64,000 bases of DNA, from NCBI GenBank assembly GCA_024274695.1, contig JAJSAI010000019.1, positions 29,346-93,345 of the forward strand, given 5' to 3'. Shown here one piece after another: positions 1-8,300 of this stretch. Each line of letters opens with the position of its first letter. Position 1 is the stretch's first letter. This DNA comes from an archaeon (GTDB taxonomy: Archaea > B1Sed10-29 > JAJSAI01). The notes under the pieces were generated by a model. It did no database searches and was not told the DNA's origin. It worked only from the letters and a program-made list of their open reading frames with translations. Position numbers and translations under genes: made by a program.

Positions 1-929
1 ATCGCCCTCTCTTTCTCCAGCACGTCCCTCCTGTCCTTGGTTCTCGGGGTCTTCCAGAACCTTGACTTGAATGGATCGTCGTCCGCGAGCAGGATCCTTC
101 TTGGTATTTCCTCTTTTAGCCAGAGGACGTTGTGCCTGTATATCCTGCTCGCCTTTTTCACCATCCCGTCCGCGTAACCGTGCTCGTTGGAAAGGAATCC
201 TGACCTGACGTAGTTGTCTATGATCATCATGACCTCCTGTCCTCTTCCCACCCCGAAAACGGGGATGAGCACTTTCCCAGGAGTGCTCCTGATTATTTCG
301 GCCAGTTCCCTTGAAACTGTTTTCAGGCTCGGCAGGAGATCGTCAGGACCAGAATAGGTTGACTCTGTTATAAGATAGTCTGTCCTGGGGATCTTTTTCT
401 CCGCCCCGTACAAGAGGTTGGTTTCCCTCGTGTTCATGTCCCCAGTGTAGTACAGGCTCTTCCGACCCTTTTTCACCCTGAACCCTGCGGCCCCGAGTAT
501 GTGTCCTGCGTTGTAAGCGGTGACCTCGAACCCTGCCACCCTGACAGGCTTCTTGTACTCCAGGAAAGAGAACCTGGACAGGATCTTTTTGACATCGTTC
601 CTGCTGAAGTTAATGTCCTTTTTCGCCACGCCCAGCCTGTAGTAGTCTGCCAGCAGGACCTGGACGAGGTCAAAGGTCGGCTTGGTGCTGTACACTTTCC
701 CCCTGAACCCGAGCCTTTCCAGGTCAGGCAGGAACCCTGAGTGGTCAAGGTGGGCGTGGGTCACGAAAACGGCCTTAAGCGACCTCGCAATCCTCTCGTC
801 CAGCAGGGGATACTCTTTAGGGTCTCCTAGTTTGACCCCGCAGTCCAAGAGAATCCTTTTCCCCTTGTCCTCCAGCATTACCGCCGATCTTCCGACTTCT
901 CCGCAGGCTCCCAGAAAACAGACCTTCAT
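1..929 (-). CDS. beta-CASP metallo-beta-lactamase ribonuclease (no KH domains; runs off window start)
   Basis: Own translation from ATG 929: MKVCFLGACGEVGRSAVMLEDKGKRILLDCG...THAHLDHSGFLP...NAGHILG...YYTGD...TESTY...LIPVFGVGRGQE. These are the MBL/beta-CASP motifs. Not in the ORF track because it is partial. Confidence 0.9.
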   Translation of the reverse strand, partial: MKVCFLGACGEVGRSAVMLEDKGKRILLDCGVKLGDPKEYPLLDERIARSLKAVFVTHAHLDHSGFLPDLERLGFRGKVYSTKPTFDLVQVLLADYYRLGVAKKDINFSRNDVKKILSRFSFLEYKKPVRVAGFEVTAYNAGHILGAAGFRVKKGRKSLYYTGDMNTRETNLLYGAEKKIPRTDYLITESTYSGPDDLLPSLKTVSRELAEIIRSTPGKVLIPVFGVGRGQEVMMIIDNYVRSGFLSNEHGYADGMVKKASRIYRHNVLWLKEEIPRRILLADDDPFKSRFWKTPRTKDRRDVLEKERA

Positions 930-953
930 CAGAACTTAAGTAGGGGGCCAGTG

Positions 954-961
954 TTTTTAAA
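954..961. promoter_or_regulatory. shared TATA box of a divergent leaderless gene pair
   Basis: TTTTTAAA lies about 25 nt from both ATG 929 (-) and ATG 986 (+). Confidence 0.6.
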
Positions 962-985
962 CTCTCCAGGCTTATTTAGCCTTTA

Positions 986-2371
986 ATGGATCCGTTTGTA
1001 GTACTCGGGCTTGCCGCGCTGGCGGCCTTGGGAGCGTTCGTGGCCGCGATAGTTTACAAGGCGAGGAAGACCTCAGGGCCTACTGTTAAGGAGATAGAGT
1101 CCTTGTACGCCGAGTTCGACAGGCTGATAAAAAGAAAGGCGAAGTACCTGTCAATGCTCGAGGTTCTTGATGACGCGAAGAAGTACGGGAGGATCTCCAC
1201 GTCCCAGTACGCCGAGCAAGCGGGCAGGATAAAAAAGAAGGTTCAAGAGACAGACAAGAAAATTGATGAAGTGATCAGCAGGCTGGCGCTACCATACTAC
1301 AAGAAGATACTGAAGCAAGAGACTGCTGTTGAAGGAAAGAAACTGAACTATCTGCTCGTGCTGCAGGAGGACAAGAAAAAACTGCAGCAGAAAGTGCTTG
1401 AACTAGAAAAGACCCTTGACGCCCTCAGGCGGAAGCTCAAGATAACAGAAGAAGCTAGGGACGAGCTTGAAGAAGAGGTTAGGTCCCTGGAGGAAAAGCA
1501 CAAGAACAGCATGCTCGAGATGGAGTCCAGGCTTGATGCGGCAAGCAAGAAGATAGCTGCACTGCAGAACGAGCTTGAGGCCCTGCGCAAGGAAAAGGAA
1601 GAGATTGAAAGGAAACTGGTTGAAGTGTCGGAAAAAGAGAAGGAGTACAAGAAGAGAGCGTGGGCCGCTGAAAAACAGCTTGAGGCAAGGGGGGCTAAAG
1701 AGGAGGAAGTTAGCAGGGTTGTTGAAAAGTACAGCGCGGAGGAAGAGGAGCTGAAGAAGAGTCTTGAGAAGGCCAAGAAGAGGATGGAGGAGTACTATCA
1801 CAAGATCCTGTTGTTGCAGACCATAATAGACAGGTACGCTGACAAGATAGAAACAGAAGAGGCCAGGACCATTCAGCAGGTGAAGGAGAGCGTGCAGCCG
1901 AAGAACAAGAAAGTGCTTGAAGTGTGCGAGATAATAACGTCAGAAATCCCCGAGTACGATCCCAAGAGAGATCTTTTGAAAGCCTGCCAGCTCGCGTACG
2001 AGAGGGTTTCGGAAAGAATAGCGTCCGTGAAGGGCCCGGGTATAACGTTCTGGATGACAATAGACGAGATCCTTGACAAGAGGATCGCGGACTACGAGGA
2101 CAAGGCGATCCTCTTGTGCTCTGTCCTGAGGGCCTTAGGGGCCGACGCGAGCGTTCTCATACTCCAGATGTCGGACGGGGCCAACTTTCCGGTGGTAGAA
2201 CTCAGGCACGGGGAAAAAGTTTACTGGCTTGACCCCAACCACCCGCACGAGTTCAACAAGTACTCTGCAGGTTCCCGGGAAGAGGTAATGAAAGAGTTCT
2301 CGGCAGAAGGAGCAAAGCCCGTGAGCGTGTTGTACGAGTTCAACGATCAGGAGTACAAGCAGAAGGAGTGA
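986..2371 (+). CDS. membrane-anchored coiled-coil protein with C-terminal degenerate transglutaminase-like domain
   Basis: N-terminal TM helix, a long K/E heptad region, then FWMTIDEIL..ADYEDKAILLCSVLRALG...WLDPN. This resembles the GDCED..LLxSLLR transglutaminase-like core but lacks the Cys. Confidence 0.7.
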   Translation: MDPFVVLGLAALAALGAFVAAIVYKARKTSGPTVKEIESLYAEFDRLIKRKAKYLSMLEVLDDAKKYGRISTSQYAEQAGRIKKKVQETDKKIDEVISRLALPYYKKILKQETAVEGKKLNYLLVLQEDKKKLQQKVLELEKTLDALRRKLKITEEARDELEEEVRSLEEKHKNSMLEMESRLDAASKKIAALQNELEALRKEKEEIERKLVEVSEKEKEYKKRAWAAEKQLEARGAKEEEVSRVVEKYSAEEEELKKSLEKAKKRMEEYYHKILLLQTIIDRYADKIETEEARTIQQVKESVQPKNKKVLEVCEIITSEIPEYDPKRDLLKACQLAYERVSERIASVKGPGITFWMTIDEILDKRIADYEDKAILLCSVLRALGADASVLILQMSDGANFPVVELRHGEKVYWLDPNHPHEFNKYSAGSREEVMKEFSAEGAKPVSVLYEFNDQEYKQKE

Positions 2372-2377
2372 CCTCTG

Positions 2378-3061
2378 TTGCTGCAGGTGCTGCTCGCCAC
2401 CCTGGCCGACAGTGTCATTGCACTTGTAGGAGTAGCAGCCCTCAAGGCCAAGAATCTTGAAAAAACATCCTCTCTTCTGGCTGCTTTTGCCGCAGGCACC
2501 CTGCTCGTCGGAGGCCTTGCCCACCTGTTCGCAGAATCTCTTGATGGGATAGGCGCGGACGCCGCAGTGCTCTTCTTTTTGATAGGGTTCTCCTTCTTCC
2601 TGTTGTTAGAGTTCTTCCTGAAATGGCACAAGTGCGGGTGCAAGGCAGAGCCCTTCACTTACATGATACTCTTGGCCGACGGGGTGCACAACTTTTTTGA
2701 CGGCGTTATAATCGGGGCCAGCTTTCTGGTGAACCCCTTGTTCGGCTGGATCACCACCGGGCTCATAATACTGCACGAGGTGCCCCAGGAACTGGGAGAC
2801 TTTGGGATCCTTGTCCAAGGAGGGCTCGGGCCGGCCAAGGCCCTGGCATACAATCTCGCTTCCCAGCTCTCGTGCGTTCTCGGAGGGGTCCTGGGATGGT
2901 TTGCTGTTGTTGGGGTGGTCCCGCATGCCCTTGCGTTCTCTGCAGGCGGGTTCGTGTACATAAGCGCGGCTGACCTCGTGCCCAGGATGAGGGACAATGC
3001 AGCTGTGATCGCCTTCTTTTCTGGCCTGATCCTGTTAGAAGCGCTCAAGATAGTTTTATAA
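2378..3061 (+). CDS. ZIP (ZupT-like) divalent metal transporter
   Basis: DGVHNFFDG and HEVPQELGDFG motifs; multiple TM helices. Confidence 0.92.
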   Translation: MLQVLLATLADSVIALVGVAALKAKNLEKTSSLLAAFAAGTLLVGGLAHLFAESLDGIGADAAVLFFLIGFSFFLLLEFFLKWHKCGCKAEPFTYMILLADGVHNFFDGVIIGASFLVNPLFGWITTGLIILHEVPQELGDFGILVQGGLGPAKALAYNLASQLSCVLGGVLGWFAVVGVVPHALAFSAGGFVYISAADLVPRMRDNAAVIAFFSGLILLEALKIVL

Positions 3062-3079
3062 ATTAATAAAATTATAAAA
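3054..3079 (+). promoter_or_regulatory. TATA box overlapped by an inverted repeat (candidate operator)
   Basis: Perfect palindrome TTTTATAA-N10-TTATAAAA immediately upstream of an HTH regulator gene. Confidence 0.55.
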
Positions 3080-3085
3080 TTTGTG

Positions 3086-3490
3086 ATGGATGTTCTCGCC
3101 AATTTTGAGGTCTTGTTCAAAGCAAGGGGCCTCTCAGCGGTCCACGGCAGAGTGTTCGGCACCCTGCTCTTGTCAGGAGCGCAGATGACGCAAAAGCAGA
3201 TAGCCAGAGAATCAGGGTATTCCGTCCCAGCGGTGAGCATTGCCCTTGACGAGCTCGTCAAGCTTGGGCTGGTAAAAAAGAGGAAAAAACAGAGGACCTT
3301 CTACTACTCTGCCGACGCGGACCTCCCTAAAATAATGCACGACTTCCTTAAAACAATAAAAAAGGACTACGTGGAGCCCTTCCTCCGGGAGATAAAAGAG
3401 TACCCGAGGACGGAGCCCGTGAAAAAGTTTGAGAAGAGCATGAAAAACCTTGACAATTACCTGTCAAGATTACTGGAGGTGCGAGTATGA
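3086..3490 (+). CDS. winged-HTH transcriptional regulator (GbsR/MarR-like)
   Basis: GRVFGTLLLS...MTQKQIARESGYSVPAVSIALDELVKLGLV; ATGA-coupled to the ferredoxin. Confidence 0.85.
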   Translation: MDVLANFEVLFKARGLSAVHGRVFGTLLLSGAQMTQKQIARESGYSVPAVSIALDELVKLGLVKKRKKQRTFYYSADADLPKIMHDFLKTIKKDYVEPFLREIKEYPRTEPVKKFEKSMKNLDNYLSRLLEVRV

Positions 3491-3672
3491 CCAAAGGAGT
3501 TTTTATTGACAAGACCAAGTGCATGTACTGCGGAGGGTGCACAGCAGTATGTCCTGTCAACGCCCTCGAACTTAAGGAGACGTACATAGAGTGGGATCCT
3601 GAAAAGTGCATATACTGCGGGGCGTGCGAGAGGTTCTGCCCCGCTGGAGCAATAAAGGTGGTGAGAGAATGA
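3487..3672 (+). CDS. 2x[4Fe-4S] ferredoxin
   Basis: Two CxxCxxCxxxCP motifs in 61 aa. Confidence 0.95.
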   Translation: MTKGVFIDKTKCMYCGGCTAVCPVNALELKETYIEWDPEKCIYCGACERFCPAGAIKVVRE

Positions 3673-4877
3673 GACAATGGCTTCAGGAAGAGTATGATGT
3701 CATAGTCGTCGGGGCCGGGCCCGCTGGAAGCACTGCCGCGAGAGAGTGCGCTAAACGGGGCCTGAAAACCCTGGTCCTTGAAAAAAGACAGGAGGTAGGA
3801 GTCCCGAAAAGGTGCGGGGAAGGACTAGGAGAAGGCTGGTGCAGGATAGCAGGAATAACCCCTGACCCGAAGTGGGCGAGGTACGAAATGCACGGGGCAG
3901 TGCTCTGGTCCCCCTCCGGCAAAAAAGTGGTGATACCCACGCCCACGAAAGGCTGGATAATAGAAAGAAGAGTCTTCGACAAGTGGCTGGCCGAGAAAGC
4001 GGTCATGGCAGGAGCGAGGATGATAACCAAGGCAAGAGTCATAGGAGTCATAAAAGAAGAAGACACAGTAAAGGGTGTGATCGTGGAAACCCCTGACGGG
4101 GACTTCGAAGTCATGGCAAAGATAGTGATAGCCGCTGACGGGGTTGACAGCAAGACCGCAAAGTATGCTGGGCTTAACACAGTAAACCCCGCCACCGAAA
4201 TAGACTCAGGGTACCAGTACGAGATGGTCGGTCTCAAGATCCCAGAGCCCACGGACATGATACACCTGTACTTCGGGTGGGACGTTGCCCCCAGGGGATA
4301 CGTCTGGATATTCCCGAAAGGACCTGACCACGCGAACGTGGGAATAGGGATAGGCGGGCACATTGACAAGGGAACCGCAAAAGAATACCTTGACAGGTTC
4401 ATAGAGTCCCATCCCGAAATCTTTGAGAACGCTGGGATAGTAGAAGTGAACGCGGGAGGAATCCCTGTAGGCGCTCCCCTGAAAAAACCGTACGCGAACG
4501 GCCTGCTCGTGATAGGAGACGCCGCGCACATGGTCAACCCCATACACGGCGGAGGAATAGGCACTGGCATGGAAGCAGGAATACTCGCGGCAGAGATAGC
4601 TGAAAAAGCAGTGAGGTCCGGCAATGTTTCAGAAGACGTCCTGAAAGAGTTCGCGGAAAAGTGGTACGAGAAGAGAGGAAACCAGTTGCTCCAGGTGCTC
4701 AAGGTCAGGAAGTTCTTCGAAGACCTCACGGACCAGGACATGGAAAAACTAGCGGACATACTGGACGACAAACAGCTCCTGCTGGACTTCGCGGACGGCA
4801 GGAGGACAGCCGCGTTCCTGAAGTTCCTGGCCAAAGCGCCCAGGATCGCGCTGAAGGCGGCAAAGCACCTCAAGTGA
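3669..4877 (+). CDS. digeranylgeranylglycerophospholipid (geranylgeranyl) reductase
   Basis: GAGPAGS FAD motif, CGEG, PRGYVWIFPKG and GDAA..VNPIHGGG. ATG 3669 overlaps the ferredoxin stop (ATGA). Confidence 0.92.
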   Translation: MRQWLQEEYDVIVVGAGPAGSTAARECAKRGLKTLVLEKRQEVGVPKRCGEGLGEGWCRIAGITPDPKWARYEMHGAVLWSPSGKKVVIPTPTKGWIIERRVFDKWLAEKAVMAGARMITKARVIGVIKEEDTVKGVIVETPDGDFEVMAKIVIAADGVDSKTAKYAGLNTVNPATEIDSGYQYEMVGLKIPEPTDMIHLYFGWDVAPRGYVWIFPKGPDHANVGIGIGGHIDKGTAKEYLDRFIESHPEIFENAGIVEVNAGGIPVGAPLKKPYANGLLVIGDAAHMVNPIHGGGIGTGMEAGILAAEIAEKAVRSGNVSEDVLKEFAEKWYEKRGNQLLQVLKVRKFFEDLTDQDMEKLADILDDKQLLLDFADGRRTAAFLKFLAKAPRIALKAAKHLK

Positions 4878-4925
4878 AACCCAAAAACCCTCCTTTTATA
4901 ATCTTCTCCTGAGTCTATTACCAGG

Positions 4926-5855
4926 ATGAAGACAAGACCTGTCCTAACGATAGCACTGATCCTTCTCACGCTGGGCACCTACTTCGCCTTCAGTAACGCG
5001 TACCTGTACATCCGCCAAGACAGGCTGCTTGCTCTGGCGTTCTCCTGGCACAACGTCTTCCCTGGAATAATCACGTACATGTTCGCTCACATAGGACTAA
5101 AGCACCTGTTCGGCAACATGCTCCTCCTCCTTCTGGTAGGAGCAATCTGCGAGGAAAAACTCAGGAAAAAAGACTATCTTGCGATATACTTTGCCTCGGG
5201 GGCGGCGGGAGCTGTGCTGTTCTCGGCAATAAACCCTAACGTCGCGCTGGCAGGAGCCAGCGCATGCATCGCGGGCCTTATGGTTCCTGCAATGATAATA
5301 AACACGCGGCGGTTCGTGCTGGGAATGATCCTGGTTGCGGTTTTCTCCACGACAGTCATGATGCCGGTCCTGACAGTATTCTCAGAATCCTTGCACCAGA
5401 AGACGGTTAAGGAATACACTGTCCTGAAACAGGAGTACGAGAACGTAACAAAAGAAAAGCAAGAGCTTCAGACAATAATACTGGAGCTGAACAAGACCGA
5501 AGAAAAGGTTAGGGAAAAGCTTGAGAAGGGAGAGATAACGGAAAGAGAGTATATGATTATAATCCAGAACGTGAGCTTGCAAAGGAACGCCACGCTGGCC
5601 AAGCTCGCTGAAAAAGAACAGGAAGAGAAAAAGGTCAGTGAAGGGGTGAACAAGACCCTTGAGCTCAAGGAAAACCTTGAGCAGGGGATAGAAAGAGAAA
5701 AAAGGATGGTCACCAGCGTGCTGGTGCACGCTCTCGGGTCGGTGGTTGGTGCAACATACCTGCTGTTGTTCAGGAGGGACATCCTGTACGACGCTGTCTT
5801 CGAATGGAAGAACGCTGCATGGAGGTTGAAAAAACGCTTAGCACGATCTTCTTGA
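4926..5855 (+). CDS. rhomboid intramembrane serine protease with inserted coiled coil
   Basis: TYMFAH..HLFGNM, GASA (catalytic Ser) and HALG (catalytic His), with a ~105-aa hydrophilic insert before the last TM. Confidence 0.85.
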   Translation: MKTRPVLTIALILLTLGTYFAFSNAYLYIRQDRLLALAFSWHNVFPGIITYMFAHIGLKHLFGNMLLLLLVGAICEEKLRKKDYLAIYFASGAAGAVLFSAINPNVALAGASACIAGLMVPAMIINTRRFVLGMILVAVFSTTVMMPVLTVFSESLHQKTVKEYTVLKQEYENVTKEKQELQTIILELNKTEEKVREKLEKGEITEREYMIIIQNVSLQRNATLAKLAEKEQEEKKVSEGVNKTLELKENLEQGIEREKRMVTSVLVHALGSVVGATYLLLFRRDILYDAVFEWKNAAWRLKKRLARSS

Positions 5856-6823
5856 GGCACCTGGCAAGAGAACTGGACTCTGAGCTATCAGGAGGGTTCT
5901 TCGATAAAGCGCAGCAGATAGGGCCCGCGGAGTTCAAGCTCTCATTCCGCACGAAGGCAGGGAAGAAGGATGTTATTGTAAGGCTCCCTGGGCTCGTGAA
6001 CATCACCTCATACAAGATCCCTGCCCCGAGAAAGCCGAGCAACTTCGCCATGAAGCTGAGGAAGGAGATCTCAGGCAAGAAAGTTCTGGCAGTGAAGCAG
6101 CACGACTTCGACAGGGTCATCGTGCTCGACTTCGGCGAAAAAAAGCTCGTGATAGAGCTCTTCTCAAAAGGGAACCTGGTCCTGACAAAGGACGGCAGGA
6201 TACTCGCCGTTTTCAGGTCAGAAGAGTGGAGGGACAGAAAACTACGGTTCGGGGAAGAGTATGTCTTCCCGAAGAAAAAAGCAGACCCAGAGTCAGAAGA
6301 CTTCCGGGAAATGCTCTGCAGAGAAGGAGAAAGGGCCCTCGCCCTTGCTGTGGGCAAGGAGAACGCGAGGCTCCTGCTGAAATCGCTTGGCATCCCGCAA
6401 GGTCAGAAGGAGTACTCTGAAGAACAGGCCGGCAGAATACTCTCCCGGCTGGAAGAGATTCTAAACTCTGACACCAAGCCAGTGGTGCAAGAGGGCATAC
6501 TGCTGCCGGTCCCCATCCTGTCCTCAGAGCCGGAGAAGGAGTACAGGACAGCGAGCCAGGCAGTGGACGAAGAGCACCCTCCTGAACTGAGAAGAGAGGA
6601 AGGGAAAGAGTCCAAGCTTCAGAGGATGCTGGAAATGCAGAAGAAGACCCTGCAAGAGTACCAGAAGAAAGCAGAGGAAGAAAAGCAGATAGGTGACCTG
6701 ATAATGCAGAACGCTCACGTGATAGCAGAGGCCATAAGGCTATTCAAAGAAAAGGACGTTAAGGGCCTGGAAAGGCTGGGGGCGAGGATAACCAAGGACG
6801 GAAAAATAGAGATAGACCTCTGA
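5819..6823 (+). CDS. NFACT/Rqc2 (RqcH) family protein, N-terminal half only
   Basis: PSNFAMKLRK...QHDFDRVIVLDF...LVIELFSKGNLVL NFACT-N motifs plus a coiled coil. Ends before the NFACT-R domain. Confidence 0.85.
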   Translation: MEVEKTLSTIFLRHLARELDSELSGGFFDKAQQIGPAEFKLSFRTKAGKKDVIVRLPGLVNITSYKIPAPRKPSNFAMKLRKEISGKKVLAVKQHDFDRVIVLDFGEKKLVIELFSKGNLVLTKDGRILAVFRSEEWRDRKLRFGEEYVFPKKKADPESEDFREMLCREGERALALAVGKENARLLLKSLGIPQGQKEYSEEQAGRILSRLEEILNSDTKPVVQEGILLPVPILSSEPEKEYRTASQAVDEEHPPELRREEGKESKLQRMLEMQKKTLQEYQKKAEEEKQIGDLIMQNAHVIAEAIRLFKEKDVKGLERLGARITKDGKIEIDL

Positions 6824-6868
6824 CCTGCTGACGAAGATTCTGAGAAACGGTTCGGCTGGACGAAAAAA

Positions 6869-7129
6869 TCAGGAGATCAGGCTCTCGTCAACCACTATAA
6901 CGTCACTGACGGCGAAAACAGACTTGTAAGGAACGTGCCCGAGTTTTCCCACTTTCTGGAGTCTGCTGGCAGTCCTTGAGTCGCTGTTCACCTCTATGAG
7001 CAGGCCTTCTATCCTCCCTGTCTCCTCGTCTATGGTCAGGTCCGCGAGCCTGCCCAGTTCCTCACCAGAGTTTGTGATCACCCGTTTTCCCCCGAGCTGC
7101 CTGGCTATCACGAACTTCTTTGAAGCCAT
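6869..7129 (-). CDS. PRC-barrel protein (CdpB-like, cell-division associated)
   Basis: LGGKRVITNSGEELGRLADLTIDEETGRI...VPYKSVFAVSDVIVV. Confidence 0.85.
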   Translation of the reverse strand: MASKKFVIARQLGGKRVITNSGEELGRLADLTIDEETGRIEGLLIEVNSDSRTASRLQKVGKLGHVPYKSVFAVSDVIVVDESLIS

Positions 7130-7257
7130 TAAACACCACCTTCTGGAATAAAATGCCTGCACTGTATTTAAACATTTCCCCCAAAAAACCATGTTACGTC
7201 AAAAGACGAACCCGAATCCGTTAGTTATTTAAACTTGTTCTTGTCTTATGCTTGCTC

Positions 7258-8295
7258 GTGGCAGGCATTGTTGGTTACGGAGCGTACGTGCCCAGGTACC
7301 GGATAAAGGTTGAAGAGATCGCGAGAGTGTGGAACAAGGACCCTGAGGCGATCAAAAAGGGATTGAACCTTCTAGAGAAAAGTGTTCCCGGTCTGGACGA
7401 GGATTCCGTGACAATCGCTGTTGAAGCGAGCAGGAACGCGCTTTCCCGCGCTGGAATAAGCCCTGAAAAAATAGGGGCTGTTTTCGTCGGTTCAGAGTCT
7501 CCTCCTTATGCTGTCAAGCCCTCTGCCACCATAGTAGCTGAAGCAATAGGCTCTGTCCCAGTGATGATGGCTGCTGACCTGGAGTTCGCGTGCAAGGCCG
7601 GGACCCAGGCGGTTCTGAACTGTATCGGGCTCGTGGACTCAGGGATGATAGATTACGGACTGGGAGTAGGATCTGACACGAGCCAGGGCAGGCCTGGAGA
7701 CGCGCTTGAGTACTCTGCTTCAGCCGGAGGGGCGGCGTTCATCATAGGGAAGAAGGACGCGCTCGCGGAAGTGGAAGAATTCTACTCCTACACCACGGAC
7801 ACTCCCGACTTCTGGAGGAAAGAAGGTCAGGAGTACCCGCGGCACGGGGCAAGGTTCACGGGAAGGCCCGCGTACTTCAAGCACGTGCTCAGCGCGAGCA
7901 AGGGGGTCATGGAAAAAGGAGGATACTCTCCCAGCGATTTTGACTACGCTGTCTTCCACCAGCCCAACGGAAAATTTCCCCTGCTCGCGGCAAAACAGTT
8001 GGGCATACCAAAAGAAAAAGTCCTGCCAGGCCTCCTGAGCCCGGTGATAGGGAACACGTACTCAGGAGCGACCCTGTTGGGTCTCGCGGCAGTCCTTGAC
8101 AGGGCAGGTCCCGGGGACTTGATCCTCGCAACCTCTTACGGTTCTGGCGCGGGATCAGACGCGATGGTTATCAGGGTCACTGACAGGATAGAAGAAAAAA
8201 GGGACAAGGCACCCAAGGTTGAGGAGTACGTCTCACGCAAGAAGCACGTGACGTACGGGGAGTACGTGAAGCTCAGACGCAAGCTCAAGGTGTGA
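7258..8295 (+). CDS. hydroxymethylglutaryl-CoA synthase (archaeal type)
   Basis: [33 protein letters not shown] and [12 protein letters not shown] start chosen from TATA spacing. Confidence 0.95.
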   Translation: MAGIVGYGAYVPRYRIKVEEIARVWNKDPEAIKKGLNLLEKSVPGLDEDSVTIAVEASRNALSRAGISPEKIGAVFVGSESPPYAVKPSATIVAEAIGSVPVMMAADLEFACKAGTQAVLNCIGLVDSGMIDYGLGVGSDTSQGRPGDALEYSASAGGAAFIIGKKDALAEVEEFYSYTTDTPDFWRKEGQEYPRHGARFTGRPAYFKHVLSASKGVMEKGGYSPSDFDYAVFHQPNGKFPLLAAKQLGIPKEKVLPGLLSPVIGNTYSGATLLGLAAVLDRAGPGDLILATSYGSGAGSDAMVIRVTDRIEEKRDKAPKVEEYVSRKKHVTYGEYVKLRRKLKV

Positions 8296-8300
8296 TGATC

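Noticed and set aside
3059-3085. ZIP-regulator fusion by read-through, as the two ORFs are in frame across TAA
   Set aside because: The spacer is an AT-only TATA/palindrome, and ZIP ends at a normal length. In-frame status is a 1-in-3 coincidence.
3683-4978. Long antisense ORFs (for example 3683..4978, 14772..15548, 26482..27375, 32611..33189)
   Set aside because: They are shadows of well-supported genes on the opposite strand, S/F/L-rich and without motifs.
6821-6868. Hammerhead-like CUGACGA...GAAAC in the rqc2/PRC-barrel spacer
   Set aside because: Stems I-III cannot be formed convincingly.
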